Positions 11,520 through 23,050 of a stretch of DNA of 64,000 nt are shown in pieces. The notes beneath the pieces were generated by a model. That model searched no databases and was not told the origin of the DNA. It saw only the letters and a program-made list of their open reading frames with translations. Made by a program: the position numbers and the translations under genes. This stretch comes from Actinomycetales bacterium (GTDB lineage Bacteria > Actinomycetota > Actinomycetes > Actinomycetales > CAWJMD01). The stretch covers positions 128,760 through 192,759 of the forward strand of contig JBKECN010000034.1 in assembly GCA_047974565.1 (NCBI GenBank), in the 5' to 3' direction. Position 1 is the stretch's first letter. Each line of letters opens with the position of its first letter.

Positions 11520-12610
11520 CCCTTGTCTCCCAGCACAACCGTCTGCCCCTCGGCGACCCCTTCTGTCACCTGGACAAGAGCCCCTGACGCTATCCCCAGG
11601 GTCACCGGGACCACCTGGATCTGCTCCTGGTGCAGGAGCCGCACCGCAGGCGCGCCGTCGTTGTCGACGATCGCCACCGCGGGCACCGCCAGGGCATCGG
11701 GAGCCTCGTGCAGGATGATGGTCACCCGGACGTCGCTGCCCTCCAGACCCTCGCCAGGATCCCCGTCAACCGCGATTCTGACCGGGTACTTGCCCGGCGA
11801 GGAATCCTGGGTGGCCGTGCTTGCACCGGAGTCGCCGCCGCCCCCGCCGGACGCCTGCGCCGCCGTGGCCTGCGGAGTGCTGGACACTTCTGCCACCGTG
11901 CCCTGCCGTTCCTGCCCGGTGGACGAGAACTGGAGTTCAGCGGGCTGGCCCACCTGAACCTGCTGTCGGTCGCTGACCTCCAGGGTCAGGCTCACGCTCT
12001 GCAGTTGCGCGCTGGTATCGAATGCCTTCGTACCCTGGCCGACGAAGTCTCCGACCGAGATCGAGACCTCAGCGATGCGCGAAGGCAGGTCCAAGACGAT
12101 CGCATAGGCGGAACGAAAGCTGCCGTCTTCGTTGAGGTTCCTGCGCTTCTGCCACTTCTTGACCACGGCTTCGACCCGCGCGGTGTAGGTATCCCCGTCT
12201 TGGACGCGGTAGCCCACGTCTCGCAGGAACTGGATCACCTGCGCGACGTCCGGGCCCTTGTCATCTCTTACCAGATCACGCCACAGTGGCGTGTCGCCTG
12301 CCATCGCGTAGACCGGTTGGTTGTCGATGCGGAAGAGCTCGTCCGCCTGACCGATGGTGTCCCCCGGGGCTATCGACACCTGGGTGATGCGCCCACCGCC
12401 GCTGAGGGAGTACCCACTCCGTTGCCCGTATTCGAGGGTTCCCCGGGTCACCAGCGTCTGCCGAAGGGTCTGCTTCGTCACGGCAGCCGTCACATAACTC
12501 GGGGTGGTGGGTTCGGCAGCACTCAGGCTGCCCCCTCGTACTGCGTAGCCGCCCGCGGCCAGTCCCGCGCCAAGCACCAGGGCGATCACGATGAGCCCGG
12601 CGCGTCGCAC
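11516..12610 (-). CDS. Periplasmic adaptor (HlyD/MacA-like) with peptidoglycan-binding insert
   Basis: N-terminal TM segment. PG_binding-like block DVAQVIQFLRDVGYRV...VKKWQKRRNL. Beta-barrel-like C-terminus. Translationally coupled to the ATPase. Confidence 0.75.
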   Translation of the reverse strand: MRRAGLIVIALVLGAGLAAGGYAVRGGSLSAAEPTTPSYVTAAVTKQTLRQTLVTRGTLEYGQRSGYSLSGGGRITQVSIAPGDTIGQADELFRIDNQPVYAMAGDTPLWRDLVRDDKGPDVAQVIQFLRDVGYRVQDGDTYTARVEAVVKKWQKRRNLNEDGSFRSAYAIVLDLPSRIAEVSISVGDFVGQGTKAFDTSAQLQSVSLTLEVSDRQQVQVGQPAELQFSSTGQERQGTVAEVSSTPQATAAQASGGGGGDSGASTATQDSSPGKYPVRIAVDGDPGEGLEGSDVRVTIILHEAPDALAVPAVAIVDNDGAPAVRLLHQEQIQVVPVTLGIASGALVQVTEGVAEGQTVVLGDKG

Positions 12611-12616
12611 GGGGCT

Positions 12617-13213
12617 TCACTGACCAATCGTCGATGGCTCCGGCAGGTTCTCGTGGTCGCCCACGTCCATGCCGGAGGTCGCCGAGCATGATCGAAAGTC
12701 GCGGTTGAAGGCGGCGGTGCGGGCGTCGTCGTCGAACGTCGGCATATCCGGTGGGACGATCTGATCGCCCTCACGATGAGCGTCCCCGACCTGCCATCCC
12801 CGATCCCTCAAACACGTGATCAGCGAGTTCATCGCCACCTCGACCGAGTCCGACGACACGGTCGTGGGTTGGTCCCACCCTTGGTCGAGTCCACTGGAGG
12901 AGGCGCACCGCTGAGCGGCCGCCAAGAAGTCCGGGTCCTTGAAGACGGGGTCCTGTTCTGGGTCACCCGCCGTCCCGTCAGCCACCTCCGCAAATCCGGC
13001 AGCGCGCAAGCAGTCGTCATACTTCGTCTGGGCCTGGCGAGTAACGGCAGTCGCCTCACTCGAGGACGCCGCCCCGGCATTCGCGCTCGTCGCGCACCCA
13101 GACAGCGCCACCAGCCCGCCCAGCGAGAGGGCCATCGCAGACGCCCGCAGTCCCCGGGCTGTGGCGTTCGCAGGTGACCTGGGGCCGTGGCGGTGGGTTC
13201 CTGGTGCTCTCAT
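12617..13213 (-). CDS. Putative lipoprotein, unknown function
   Basis: Lipobox LVALSGC follows a hydrophobic segment. It is first in the minus-strand string with the ABC genes. The start may be the internal MALSLGG (13135). Confidence 0.55.
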   Translation of the reverse strand: MRAPGTHRHGPRSPANATARGLRASAMALSLGGLVALSGCATSANAGAASSSEATAVTRQAQTKYDDCLRAAGFAEVADGTAGDPEQDPVFKDPDFLAAAQRCASSSGLDQGWDQPTTVSSDSVEVAMNSLITCLRDRGWQVGDAHREGDQIVPPDMPTFDDDARTAAFNRDFRSCSATSGMDVGDHENLPEPSTIGQ

Positions 13214-13268
13214 GTGTCCAGCACAGCCGACCTTCGTGAAGGCAGCATGAAGCGGGCTTCAGGCGTTC

Positions 13269-15017
13269 GTGAGAATGCCGGAGACCCAAGGAGATGGTGA
13301 GGTAAGGCGAGGGGATCTGCCGGGTTGCCGAGCCTCTTGGCCCTGGACGCCTCCCGAGGCTGCCGATGTCAGTGGGTTGGTGTCTCATGGGGTCATGCTC
13401 ATCAATGTTCAGACCGCGTTGTCATTTGCAGCGACAGGTCCACGCTCGCGCAGGTCAGCCGGGTCAGCCAGGTCAGCCGGGTCAGCCAGGTCAGCCAGGA
13501 CGCCTGCGGCGGGGGCCTGCATCGTCCCGCCCTATCTCCTCGAGCGGCTGGCTGCCACCGGGGGGCCCACCGGTGACGCCGCCCAACGCACCCTCACCAG
13601 TGACGTGCAACGTCGCCAGGAGTGGGCCCGGCACACCACCCGGGCGCTGCGACCCGCTCCGGATGGTGGGCCGGCAAGGTCGTCGGCGCGTGATGCGGCT
13701 GCCACGGCGTCGGTGCACCGGACGGTGTGTGACGCCCGCGGCACCCAGCGCCTGCCGGGAGACCGGGTCCGCACGGAGGGCGATCCACCCGGGCAGGACG
13801 TGGCGGTCAATGAGGCGTATGACGGGCTCGGCGCCACCTTCGATCTGTTCTGGCAGGCCTTCGGACGCAACTCCCTCGATGGCAAGGGTCTGGGCTTGCT
13901 GGCAACCGTCCATTACGGTCGTCAATACCAGAATGCGTTCTGGGACGGCGAGCAGATGGTCTTCGGCGATGGTGACGGAGAGATCTTCGGGCGCTTCACC
14001 GCCAGCCTCGACGTGATCGGTCACGAACTCACCCACGGCGTCACCGAGCACACCGCCGGGCTGATGTATCGGGGCCAGTCAGGTGCCCTCAACGAATCGA
14101 TGTCCGACGTCTTCGGGGTGCTGGTCACCCAGCACCTGCTGGGCCAGGACGCAGACGAGGCCGCCTGGCTGATCGGTGCCGATCTGCTCACCTCGCGGGT
14201 ACGTGGCCGCGCCCTGCGCGACATGATGCACCCGGGCACCGCCTACGACGACCCAGTCCTGGGCAAGGATCCGCAGCCCGGGCACATGCGCGACTTCGTC
14301 GAGACCACCGACGACAACGGCGGCGTGCACATCAACTCGGGTATCCCCAACCGCGCCTTCGCGCTGGCCGCCGTGGCGATCGGCGGCCGGGCCTGGGAGA
14401 AGGCCGGGCAGGTCTGGTACGACGCATTGACCGGTGACGGCATCCGAGCGGACTGCGATTTCGCCACGTTCGCCGGCCTCACCGTGGTGCGGGCTGAAGC
14501 GAGGTTCGGCGCGGACGACTCCACGACGCGGGCCATCCGCCAGGCCTGGCAGGACGTGGGGGTGCTTGTCGAGGCGGCCAGCACAGCTGACCCGGCAGGG
14601 ATAGACATCCGGACGTCGGCCGTCGACCAGCCGCCGGATTCGTCCAGCGCAGCGCCGGCCACCCCGCCGGCCACCGAGGTGCCGCCGTCCTTCGTCACCG
14701 CCTCCGGTGTCGCCGTGCCCGCCGACGCCGAGGTCGACGTGCGCAGGACGGGTGGATTCGCCGGTCTGACCCGGCACGGCCGGGTTCGCCTCGACGACGT
14801 CCCGACACCGGAAGCTCATCGGTGGGCATCCCTGCTCACCGACCCCACCGTGCTGAGCCCCGGCCCGGTGGGCACGAGGGTCGCCGACGGGTACACCTAC
14901 CACCTGACCTGTGCCGCCCTCGCTGTGGACACCTCACTGGTACAGGAGCATGCCAGCCAGGAGCAACAGCGCCTGTTGGACGATTGTGTCGAACGGCATC
15001 CGCACACGCCCGGATGA
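13269..15017 (+). CDS. M4 (thermolysin-family, protealysin-like) metalloprotease with emfourin-like C-terminal extension
   Basis: HEXXH in VIGHELTHGV. Third zinc ligand block GALNESMSDVFG. Propeptide PPL motif CIVPPYLLERL. No signal peptide is seen. The C-terminal ~95 aa (VDVRRTGGFAGLTRHG...) lie beyond a Pro/Ala/Ser linker. Alternative start ATG 13395. Confidence 0.85.
   Translation: MRMPETQGDGEVRRGDLPGCRASWPWTPPEAADVSGLVSHGVMLINVQTALSFAATGPRSRRSAGSARSAGSARSARTPAAGACIVPPYLLERLAATGGPTGDAAQRTLTSDVQRRQEWARHTTRALRPAPDGGPARSSARDAAATASVHRTVCDARGTQRLPGDRVRTEGDPPGQDVAVNEAYDGLGATFDLFWQAFGRNSLDGKGLGLLATVHYGRQYQNAFWDGEQMVFGDGDGEIFGRFTASLDVIGHELTHGVTEHTAGLMYRGQSGALNESMSDVFGVLVTQHLLGQDADEAAWLIGADLLTSRVRGRALRDMMHPGTAYDDPVLGKDPQPGHMRDFVETTDDNGGVHINSGIPNRAFALAAVAIGGRAWEKAGQVWYDALTGDGIRADCDFATFAGLTVVRAEARFGADDSTTRAIRQAWQDVGVLVEAASTADPAGIDIRTSAVDQPPDSSSAAPATPPATEVPPSFVTASGVAVPADAEVDVRRTGGFAGLTRHGRVRLDDVPTPEAHRWASLLTDPTVLSPGPVGTRVADGYTYHLTCAALAVDTSLVQEHASQEQQRLLDDCVERHPHTPG
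13453..13497 (+). repeat. 9-bp tandem repeat x5 (GGTCAGCCR) inside the protease N-terminal region
   Basis: Read directly from the sequence. It encodes SAGSARSAGSARSAR and is in frame (unit is a multiple of 3). Confidence 0.9.
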
Positions 15018-15136
15018 GCCTGGCCCGGTCCCAGCAGGGTGCCGGCCCAGCGGGCGGCATGGACGTCAGGCGTCGACATCGCGCCCGGGTCAAGTCCCGT
15101 CACTGCCCGGGGGACCTCCCGCCACCGGCCGAAGGC

Positions 15137-17102
<1,966 letters not shown>

Positions 17103-17176
17103 ACGAGTGACCAGTCACCCTTCTCAGTGGCCCCCCGCCACGCGCCATGAGTGCCGCAACTCCACGCAGTTTCACA

Positions 17177-18022
17177 TCAGTGCTCGGGGAAGTCGCAACT
17201 CTGGTCCATCGTGACACCGGGGATCCCGGTCTGGCGTTCGCGCACGACGCGTGCCGGCACGCCCACCACCGTCGTGTGCGGTGGCACCTCGTGCAGCACC
17301 ACGCTGCCCGCGCCGACCTTGGAGTAGTCGCCGATCACGACATTGCCGAGCACATTGGCTCCCGCGGACAGCAGCACCCCCTTGCCGACCTTCGGGTGTC
17401 GATCGCCGCTGTCCTTGCCGGTGCCGCCGAGGGTGACGCCCTGCAGGATCGAGGTGTCGTCACCCACCACCGCGGTCTCGCCGATCACCACGCCGGTGGC
17501 GTGGTCGATGAACACTCCGCGACCGATCCGGGCGGCCGGGTGGATGTCGATGCCGAGACGCTCGGACACCTGCGACTGCAGGTAGAAGGCCAGGGTCTGG
17601 CGCCCCTCACGCCACAGCGAGTGGGCCGCCCGATGCAGTTGGAGCCCGACGAAACCCTTGGCGAACAGGAAGGGCACCAACGGATCGGGGTAGGCGGGAT
17701 TGCGGTCGACGCTGGAGAGCAGGTCGATGGCGGCACCCTCGGCCACCTCCGGGTCGGCCCGCACGACGTGGGTCAAAAGCTCCGCCAACTCCGCACGCGG
17801 CACCTCGGCGCTGTCCGCCTTGGTCGCCATCAACGCGGCCAGGGATGAAGCGAAGTCTTCGCGCTCGAGCACCGTGTGAGCCACCAGGGGCGCCAGGCAC
17901 GGCTCGTCGACGGTCACCACCTGAGCGGCCTGACGCAACTGCGTCCAGACGGTCATCACCGACGGGAACTCGCTCGCCGGCCACTCGGCCAGCGCGGTGT
18001 TCGAACCGCCCGGGTTGCTCAT
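17177..18022 (-). CDS. cysE: Serine O-acetyltransferase
   Basis: Hexapeptide-repeat block IDHATGVVIGETAVVGDDTSILQGVTLGG...GKGVLLSAGANVLGNVVIGDYSKVGAGSVV. ATG 18022 is preceded by the strong SD ACAGGAGGAGAC. Confidence 0.9.
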   Translation of the reverse strand: MSNPGGSNTALAEWPASEFPSVMTVWTQLRQAAQVVTVDEPCLAPLVAHTVLEREDFASSLAALMATKADSAEVPRAELAELLTHVVRADPEVAEGAAIDLLSSVDRNPAYPDPLVPFLFAKGFVGLQLHRAAHSLWREGRQTLAFYLQSQVSERLGIDIHPAARIGRGVFIDHATGVVIGETAVVGDDTSILQGVTLGGTGKDSGDRHPKVGKGVLLSAGANVLGNVVIGDYSKVGAGSVVLHEVPPHTTVVGVPARVVRERQTGIPGVTMDQSCDFPEH

Positions 18023-18215
18023 GTCTCCTCCTGTGTCGATCCGTCGATCGGGCCGTTGCAACGGCGTGTCGGCCACGAACACCGTGAGCACCGCCCTCGG
18101 GTCCGGACCTCCCCCGTCAACCCCGTGACCCGCCCAACCATTCCGCGGGGACCGACCTATCGTGCGCCAAGTGAGCACGCGTGTCGACTCCGCCGGAGGT
18201 GGACGTTCGGCTGGA

Positions 18216-19196
18216 TCAAAAACCCAGCCGGCGCAACTGCTTGGGGTCACGCTGCCAGTCCTTGGCCACCTTGACCCGCAGGTCGAGGAAGACCGGGACG
18301 CCGAGCAGGGCCGTAATGCCGGCGCGGGCCTGGGTGCCGACCTGTTTGAGCCGGGACCCGTGCTTGCCGATGACGATGCCCTTCTGGGAGTCGCGCTCGA
18401 CGTAGAGCACGGCCCGCACGTCGACCATGCCGTCCTCGCGGCCTTCTCGGGGGACGATCTCGTCGACCACCACCGCGAGCGAGTGCGGCAGCTCTTCGCG
18501 TACCCCCTCCAGGGCGGCCTCCCGCACGAGTTCGGCGATCATCACGCTCTCGGGCTCGTCGGTGAGCTCGCCGTCCGGGTACATGGCCGGCCCGGGCGGC
18601 AGGTGTGACAACAGCACGTCCTTGAGCCTGTCCACCTGGAAGCCGTCCACGGCGCTGACGGGGACGATGTCGTCCCAGTCGCCCAGTTCGGAAACCGCGA
18701 CGAGCCGCTCTGCGAGCAGGCCCTTGTCGACGAGATCCGTCTTGGTGACGATGGCCACCACCGTCGGGGAGTTCCGGCGATTGCCGAGCCCGGCCAGTTT
18801 CTCGGCGATGAACCGGTCCCCCGGGCCGACCTTCTCGTCCGCCGGCAGGCAGAACCCGATGACGTCCACCTCGGCCAGGGTGCCGGTGACCAGGTCGTTG
18901 AGCCGACGTCCCAGCAGAGTGCGGGGTCGGTGCAGGCCGGGGGTGTCCACGAGCACCAGCTGGGCCTGCGGGGTGTGCACGATGCCCCGGATGGTGTGCC
19001 GGGTGGTCTGCGGACGGTCGCTGGTGATGGCGACCTTCTGCCCCACCAGGGCATTGGTGAGCGTGGACTTGCCCGCATTCGGCCGCCCGACGAGGGCCGC
19101 GAAGCCACTGCGGAAGCCGGCCTGGTCTGCGGACCCGGGGCCCCCTGCCGGGTCGGCGCCCGGTTCCGTCGCGGTGGGGCTTGTGGGCTCAGTCAT
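18216..19196 (-). CDS. era: GTPase Era
   Basis: G1 GRPNAGKST, DTPG, TKTD and a C-terminal KH domain. ATG 19196 overlaps the upstream stop by 8 nt. The ORF track extends to 19292. Confidence 0.93.
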   Translation of the reverse strand: MTEPTSPTATEPGADPAGGPGSADQAGFRSGFAALVGRPNAGKSTLTNALVGQKVAITSDRPQTTRHTIRGIVHTPQAQLVLVDTPGLHRPRTLLGRRLNDLVTGTLAEVDVIGFCLPADEKVGPGDRFIAEKLAGLGNRRNSPTVVAIVTKTDLVDKGLLAERLVAVSELGDWDDIVPVSAVDGFQVDRLKDVLLSHLPPGPAMYPDGELTDEPESVMIAELVREAALEGVREELPHSLAVVVDEIVPREGREDGMVDVRAVLYVERDSQKGIVIGKHGSRLKQVGTQARAGITALLGVPVFLDLRVKVAKDWQRDPKQLRRLGF

Positions 19197-20673
19197 CGTG
19201 CGCAGCCTCCCTGTGGCGTGGTTCGTCCCAGTGATCTTCTCGATGCCGGTTCTCGTCCCCGCGTCGGCGCTCGTCCCGGTGTCGGCGCTCATCGCGGCGC
19301 TGGTCGTCCCGGTGTTTGGCCTCGTCCCGGTGCTTGGCCTCGTCCCGGTGTTTGGCCTGGTCCCAGGGGCGGGGTGCCCGGTGCACCAGCACGCTGGCCA
19401 CCTGGTTGCGGCGGCCCACCAGGCCCTCGGCGGTCAGGACCAGCCCGTGGCAGGTGACCGATGAGCCAGGGATCGGCACGCTGCCGAGTTCCTTGCCGAG
19501 CAGACCTGCGACCGAATCCACCTCGTCCTCCTCGATCTCGAGGTCAAAGAGCTCGGCCAGGTCGTCGATCGGCAGCCGGGCGCTGACCCGATAGCTGTCG
19601 TCGGCGAGCTGCTCGATCTGGGGTGGCTCGCGGTCGTACTCGTCGGCGATCTCGCCGATGACCTCCTCGACCAGATCCTCGATCGTCACCATCCCCGAGG
19701 TGCCGCCGAACTCGTCCACGACGAGCGCCACATGCCCGGAGTGGTGCGTGGCCTGCGGATCGTCGCCGACCTGCAGGTAGCCCTGCATGACCCGCAGCAG
19801 GGAATCCACCCGCTGGGACTCGGGAACGAAGAAGGGCGGGCGCATCGCCCGCTCCACCGGCATCGTCTCGTTTCCCTCATGCCCCGAATGCAGCCGCCGG
19901 GCAACGTCTTTGAGGTACAGCACACCCAGCGGGTCGTCGATGCCGCCCTCGCCGATCACCGGGATCCGGCTGAATCCCGACCGCAGGAACAACCCCAGCG
20001 CGGACTCCAGGTCGGTGCCGGCCTGCAGGGTGACCATGTCGGTGCGGGGCACCATCACCTCGCGCACCCGGGTCTCGCCGATCTCGAAGACCGACTGGAT
20101 CATCCGCCGTTCCTCGGCCTCGATGACATCGGTCTCGGAGGCGATGTCGACCAGTTCTCGCAGCTCGTCCTCCGACGCGAACGGACCGAACCGGAAGCCA
20201 CGCCCCGGGGTGACCGCATTACCGAGCAGCACGAGCAGCTGGGTGATCGGCCCGAGAATGGCCGTGCCGGCCCGCAGCACCGGGGCCAGAGCCAAAGACA
20301 CCCCCAAAGGATGCTGGCGCGCAACGGTTCTCGGGCTGACGCCGGCCAGCACGAAGGACATCAACGAAGTGGCGATGACCGCGAGCAGCAGGGCCGCCCA
20401 CCACTGGTCGACCCAGGTGTCGATGGCCAGGGTGGCGCACACCGCGGCGGCGGTCTCCAGGGCGATCCGCAGGAAGATGGCCGCGTTTACCGCCGAGGGG
20501 CCCAGGTTGAGCACGGCGTGCAGGGTGCCCGCCCCGCGCCGTCCCTCGGCCTCGAGCCGGCTCACCTCCACGCGCGAGACCCGCACCAGAGCGGTCTCCA
20601 CGGCGGCGAAAGCGCCGGCCGCGCCGACGCACACCAACGACAGGAACAGCAGCAATCCCGCGGGGGCGCTCAT
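19189..20673 (-). CDS. CNNM/DUF21-CBS-CorC_HlyC family (hemolysin-like) membrane protein with repeat tail
   Basis: N-terminal 4-TM DUF21 domain, CBS pair (VMVPRTDM...), CorC_HlyC domain, then a charged tail (HRDEAK)x3-HRDERR. Confidence 0.88.
   Translation of the reverse strand: MSAPAGLLLFLSLVCVGAAGAFAAVETALVRVSRVEVSRLEAEGRRGAGTLHAVLNLGPSAVNAAIFLRIALETAAAVCATLAIDTWVDQWWAALLLAVIATSLMSFVLAGVSPRTVARQHPLGVSLALAPVLRAGTAILGPITQLLVLLGNAVTPGRGFRFGPFASEDELRELVDIASETDVIEAEERRMIQSVFEIGETRVREVMVPRTDMVTLQAGTDLESALGLFLRSGFSRIPVIGEGGIDDPLGVLYLKDVARRLHSGHEGNETMPVERAMRPPFFVPESQRVDSLLRVMQGYLQVGDDPQATHHSGHVALVVDEFGGTSGMVTIEDLVEEVIGEIADEYDREPPQIEQLADDSYRVSARLPIDDLAELFDLEIEEDEVDSVAGLLGKELGSVPIPGSSVTCHGLVLTAEGLVGRRNQVASVLVHRAPRPWDQAKHRDEAKHRDEAKHRDDQRRDERRHRDERRRGDENRHREDHWDEPRHREAAHDD
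19311..19364 (-). repeat. 18-bp tandem repeat x3 (degenerate copies back to ~19261)
   Basis: GGTGYTTGGCCTSGTCCC x3 on the plus strand. It encodes the hexapeptide repeat of the CNNM tail. Confidence 0.9.
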
Positions 20674-20757
20674 CGAGGCACCGCCGAGCGGTATGCCGGG
20701 TCGTCACGGCGGCGGACCCGGCCCAGCCCACTACCGGGCCCGAGTCTCGACCCTGGC

Positions 20758-21216
20758 TCAGGCACGGTTCTCGGACAGGAAGGTGAGCAGCAGGCGACGC
20801 TGCAGCTCGAACATCTCCCGCTCCTCCACGGGTTCGGCGTGGTCGAAGCCGAGCAGGTGCAGGATGCCGTGCGTGGTCAGCAGCAGGATCTCCTCAGCGG
20901 TGGAGTGCCCGGCTGCGGCGGCCTGCTCGGCCGCCACCTGGGGGCAGACGACGACGTCGCCGAGCAGCCCTGGGCCGCTAAGCGCTCCTTCGCGCCCGGG
21001 TCGCAACTCGTCCATCGGGAAGGAGAGCACGTCGGTGGGGCCCGGTTCGTCCATCCACTTCTCGTGCAGCACCGTCATCGCGTCGGTGCCCACGAGCAGG
21101 ATCGACAGTTCGGCCATCGGATGGACGTGCAGGGCGTCCAGCACGAAACGGGCAAGCGCGGAGAGTTCGCGTTCGTCGGTCGGCTCGGCGGACTCGTTGA
21201 CGACCTCGACGCTCAC
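20758..21216 (-). CDS. ybeY: rRNA maturation RNase YbeY
   Basis: [11 protein letters not shown] zinc motif, 152 aa. The start overlaps the phoH stop. Confidence 0.93.
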   Translation of the reverse strand: MSVEVVNESAEPTDERELSALARFVLDALHVHPMAELSILLVGTDAMTVLHEKWMDEPGPTDVLSFPMDELRPGREGALSGPGLLGDVVVCPQVAAEQAAAAGHSTAEEILLLTTHGILHLLGFDHAEPVEEREMFELQRRLLLTFLSENRA

Positions 21217-22403
21217 CGCCGCGGCTCCCGTAGGGGTCGGCGCGGACCCACCTGGGGGCGGGAAGCGCCCTCGCGGTGTTGCTCGGCGTCCCAGCGGCCG
21301 TAGGCCTCGACGATGTCCCCGACGAGCCGGTGTCGTACCACGTCGTTGCTGGTGAGCGTGCTGAAGTGGATGTCCTCGATGCCCTCGAGGATCTCCCGGA
21401 CGATGCGCAAGCCCGACTGGGTGCCCCCGGGCAGATCCACCTGGGTGACATCGCCGGTGACGACCATCTTGGAACCGAATCCGAGCCGGGTGAGGAACAT
21501 CTTCATCTGCTCGGGTGAGGTGTTCTGCGCCTCGTCGAGAATGATGAAGGCGTCGTTGAGGGAGCGTCCCCGCATGTAGGCGAGGGGGGCCACCTCGATG
21601 GTGCCCGAGGCCATCAGCCGGGGGATCGAGTCCGGGTCGATCATGTCGTGCAGCGCGTCGTACAGGGGCCGCAGGTAGGGGTCGATCTTCTCGGTGAGAG
21701 TGCCGGGCAGAAAGCCCAGCCGCTCCCCCGCCTCGACCGCCGGCCTGGTCAGGATGATCCGGTTCACCTGCTTGGCCTGCAGCGCCTGGACGGCCTTGGC
21801 CATCGCCAGGTAGGTCTTGCCGGTACCCGCCGGGCCGATCCCGAAGACCACCGTGTTGGCGTCGATCGCGTCGACGTACCGCTTTTGATTGAGGGTCTTG
21901 GGGCGAATGGTGCGTCCGCGGTGCGAAAGCACGTTCATCGTCAGCACGTCGGCCGGACGTTCGGTGGATGCCTGACGCAGCATCGCGATGGTGCGTTGCA
22001 CCGCGTCCGGGGTGAGGTGTTGACCACTGCCCAGCACCTCGGTCATCTCGTCGATCGTGCGTTCGACGAGAGCGACGTCCCCGACCGGCCCGGTCAGGTG
22101 GACCTCGTTGCCGCGCACGTGGATATCGACGCCGGTGAAGGCCCGTTCCACCACGCGCAGCAACTCATCGCGGGTGCCCAGGAGCCCGACCATGGAGACG
22201 TGCTCGGGTATCTCGACGGTGTGGTTCGCCACGTGCCGGGGCCCGCGATCGGGGGTGGGCGACGGGTCCGGTAGCGAGGAGTCGGCCACGGCCTGCGCCA
22301 CGGACGGGCGCTGCTTACCGGATCGGCGGTTCTGCTGGCGGGGGGACGAGCCGCCGCCCGCGCGGGTGGCGTCATGGCGGGGGGTGTCGTTGCGCTCGGT
22401 CAT
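21213..22403 (-). CDS. phoH: PhoH-family ATPase (KH-like N-domain + PhoH)
   Basis: Walker [34 protein letters not shown]. Confidence 0.92.
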   Translation of the reverse strand: MTERNDTPRHDATRAGGGSSPRQQNRRSGKQRPSVAQAVADSSLPDPSPTPDRGPRHVANHTVEIPEHVSMVGLLGTRDELLRVVERAFTGVDIHVRGNEVHLTGPVGDVALVERTIDEMTEVLGSGQHLTPDAVQRTIAMLRQASTERPADVLTMNVLSHRGRTIRPKTLNQKRYVDAIDANTVVFGIGPAGTGKTYLAMAKAVQALQAKQVNRIILTRPAVEAGERLGFLPGTLTEKIDPYLRPLYDALHDMIDPDSIPRLMASGTIEVAPLAYMRGRSLNDAFIILDEAQNTSPEQMKMFLTRLGFGSKMVVTGDVTQVDLPGGTQSGLRIVREILEGIEDIHFSTLTSNDVVRHRLVGDIVEAYGRWDAEQHREGASRPQVGPRRPLREPRR

Positions 22404-22705
22404 CGGCGGGCCACGCTGGCCCTTCGCTCCTCGGTGAGAGTCTCGGTCAGGGATCGCCGGTCGGCGCCGGTCGACCCTGGAAGTCTAGCCGGGCCGGCGG
22501 CTGCGGTCGCGGGAGAACTTGGCCGCCACGGATTGGGCCGACCGCGACCCCGTCGGGCCGGCCAGGTCGGGGCCGACCAGGTTGGGCCGGCCAGGTCGGG
22601 CCCAGCGTTGGCTGTGCGGTCGGGCGCCACGGCCTGGGCGGGGCCACTCTGGACGAAACCAGCGTCGAGGCCGCTGCCCTCGGGGTCACAGGTGGGCTGA
22701 CCCGC

Positions 22706-23050
22706 TCATCCGGGGGGCCAGGTCAGGTCGCGCCCGGCGAGTACGTGCCCGTGCACGTGGAAGACGACCTGTCCGGCCCGGCGCCCGGTGTTGAAGACCC
22801 ATCGCCAGCCGTCCGGGTCGGCCGCCAGGCCCACCCGGTCGGCGACCACGGCCATCTCGCCAACCACGTCCCCACCCTCGCGTCCGGCCTCGCCGATGTT
22901 GGCGTAATGCTCGACCGGGACGACCAGGACGTGGGTGGGCGCCTGGGGGTTCAGGTCACGGAAGGCGATCACCCGTTCGGTTCGATCGACGATGTCGGCC
23001 GGGATCTCCCCGGCGACGATCTTGCAGAACAGGCAGTCCGGATCAGCCAT
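22706..23050 (-). CDS. HIT family protein
   Basis: MADPDCLFCKIVAGEIPA... and the histidine triad HVHGHVL. The long ORF was trimmed to ATG 23050. Confidence 0.9.
   Translation of the reverse strand: MADPDCLFCKIVAGEIPADIVDRTERVIAFRDLNPQAPTHVLVVPVEHYANIGEAGREGGDVVGEMAVVADRVGLAADPDGWRWVFNTGRRAGQVVFHVHGHVLAGRDLTWPPG

Noticed and set aside
22540-22610. Repeat GGGCCGGCCAGGTCGGG x2 (about 30-bp period) downstream of the HIT gene, and CTGGTCATCCC(C)GGG x2 at 63441-63475
   Set aside because: The repeats are real but short two-copy repeats that do not include a stop codon. They were judged to be part of the general tandem-repeat background and are not reported separately.
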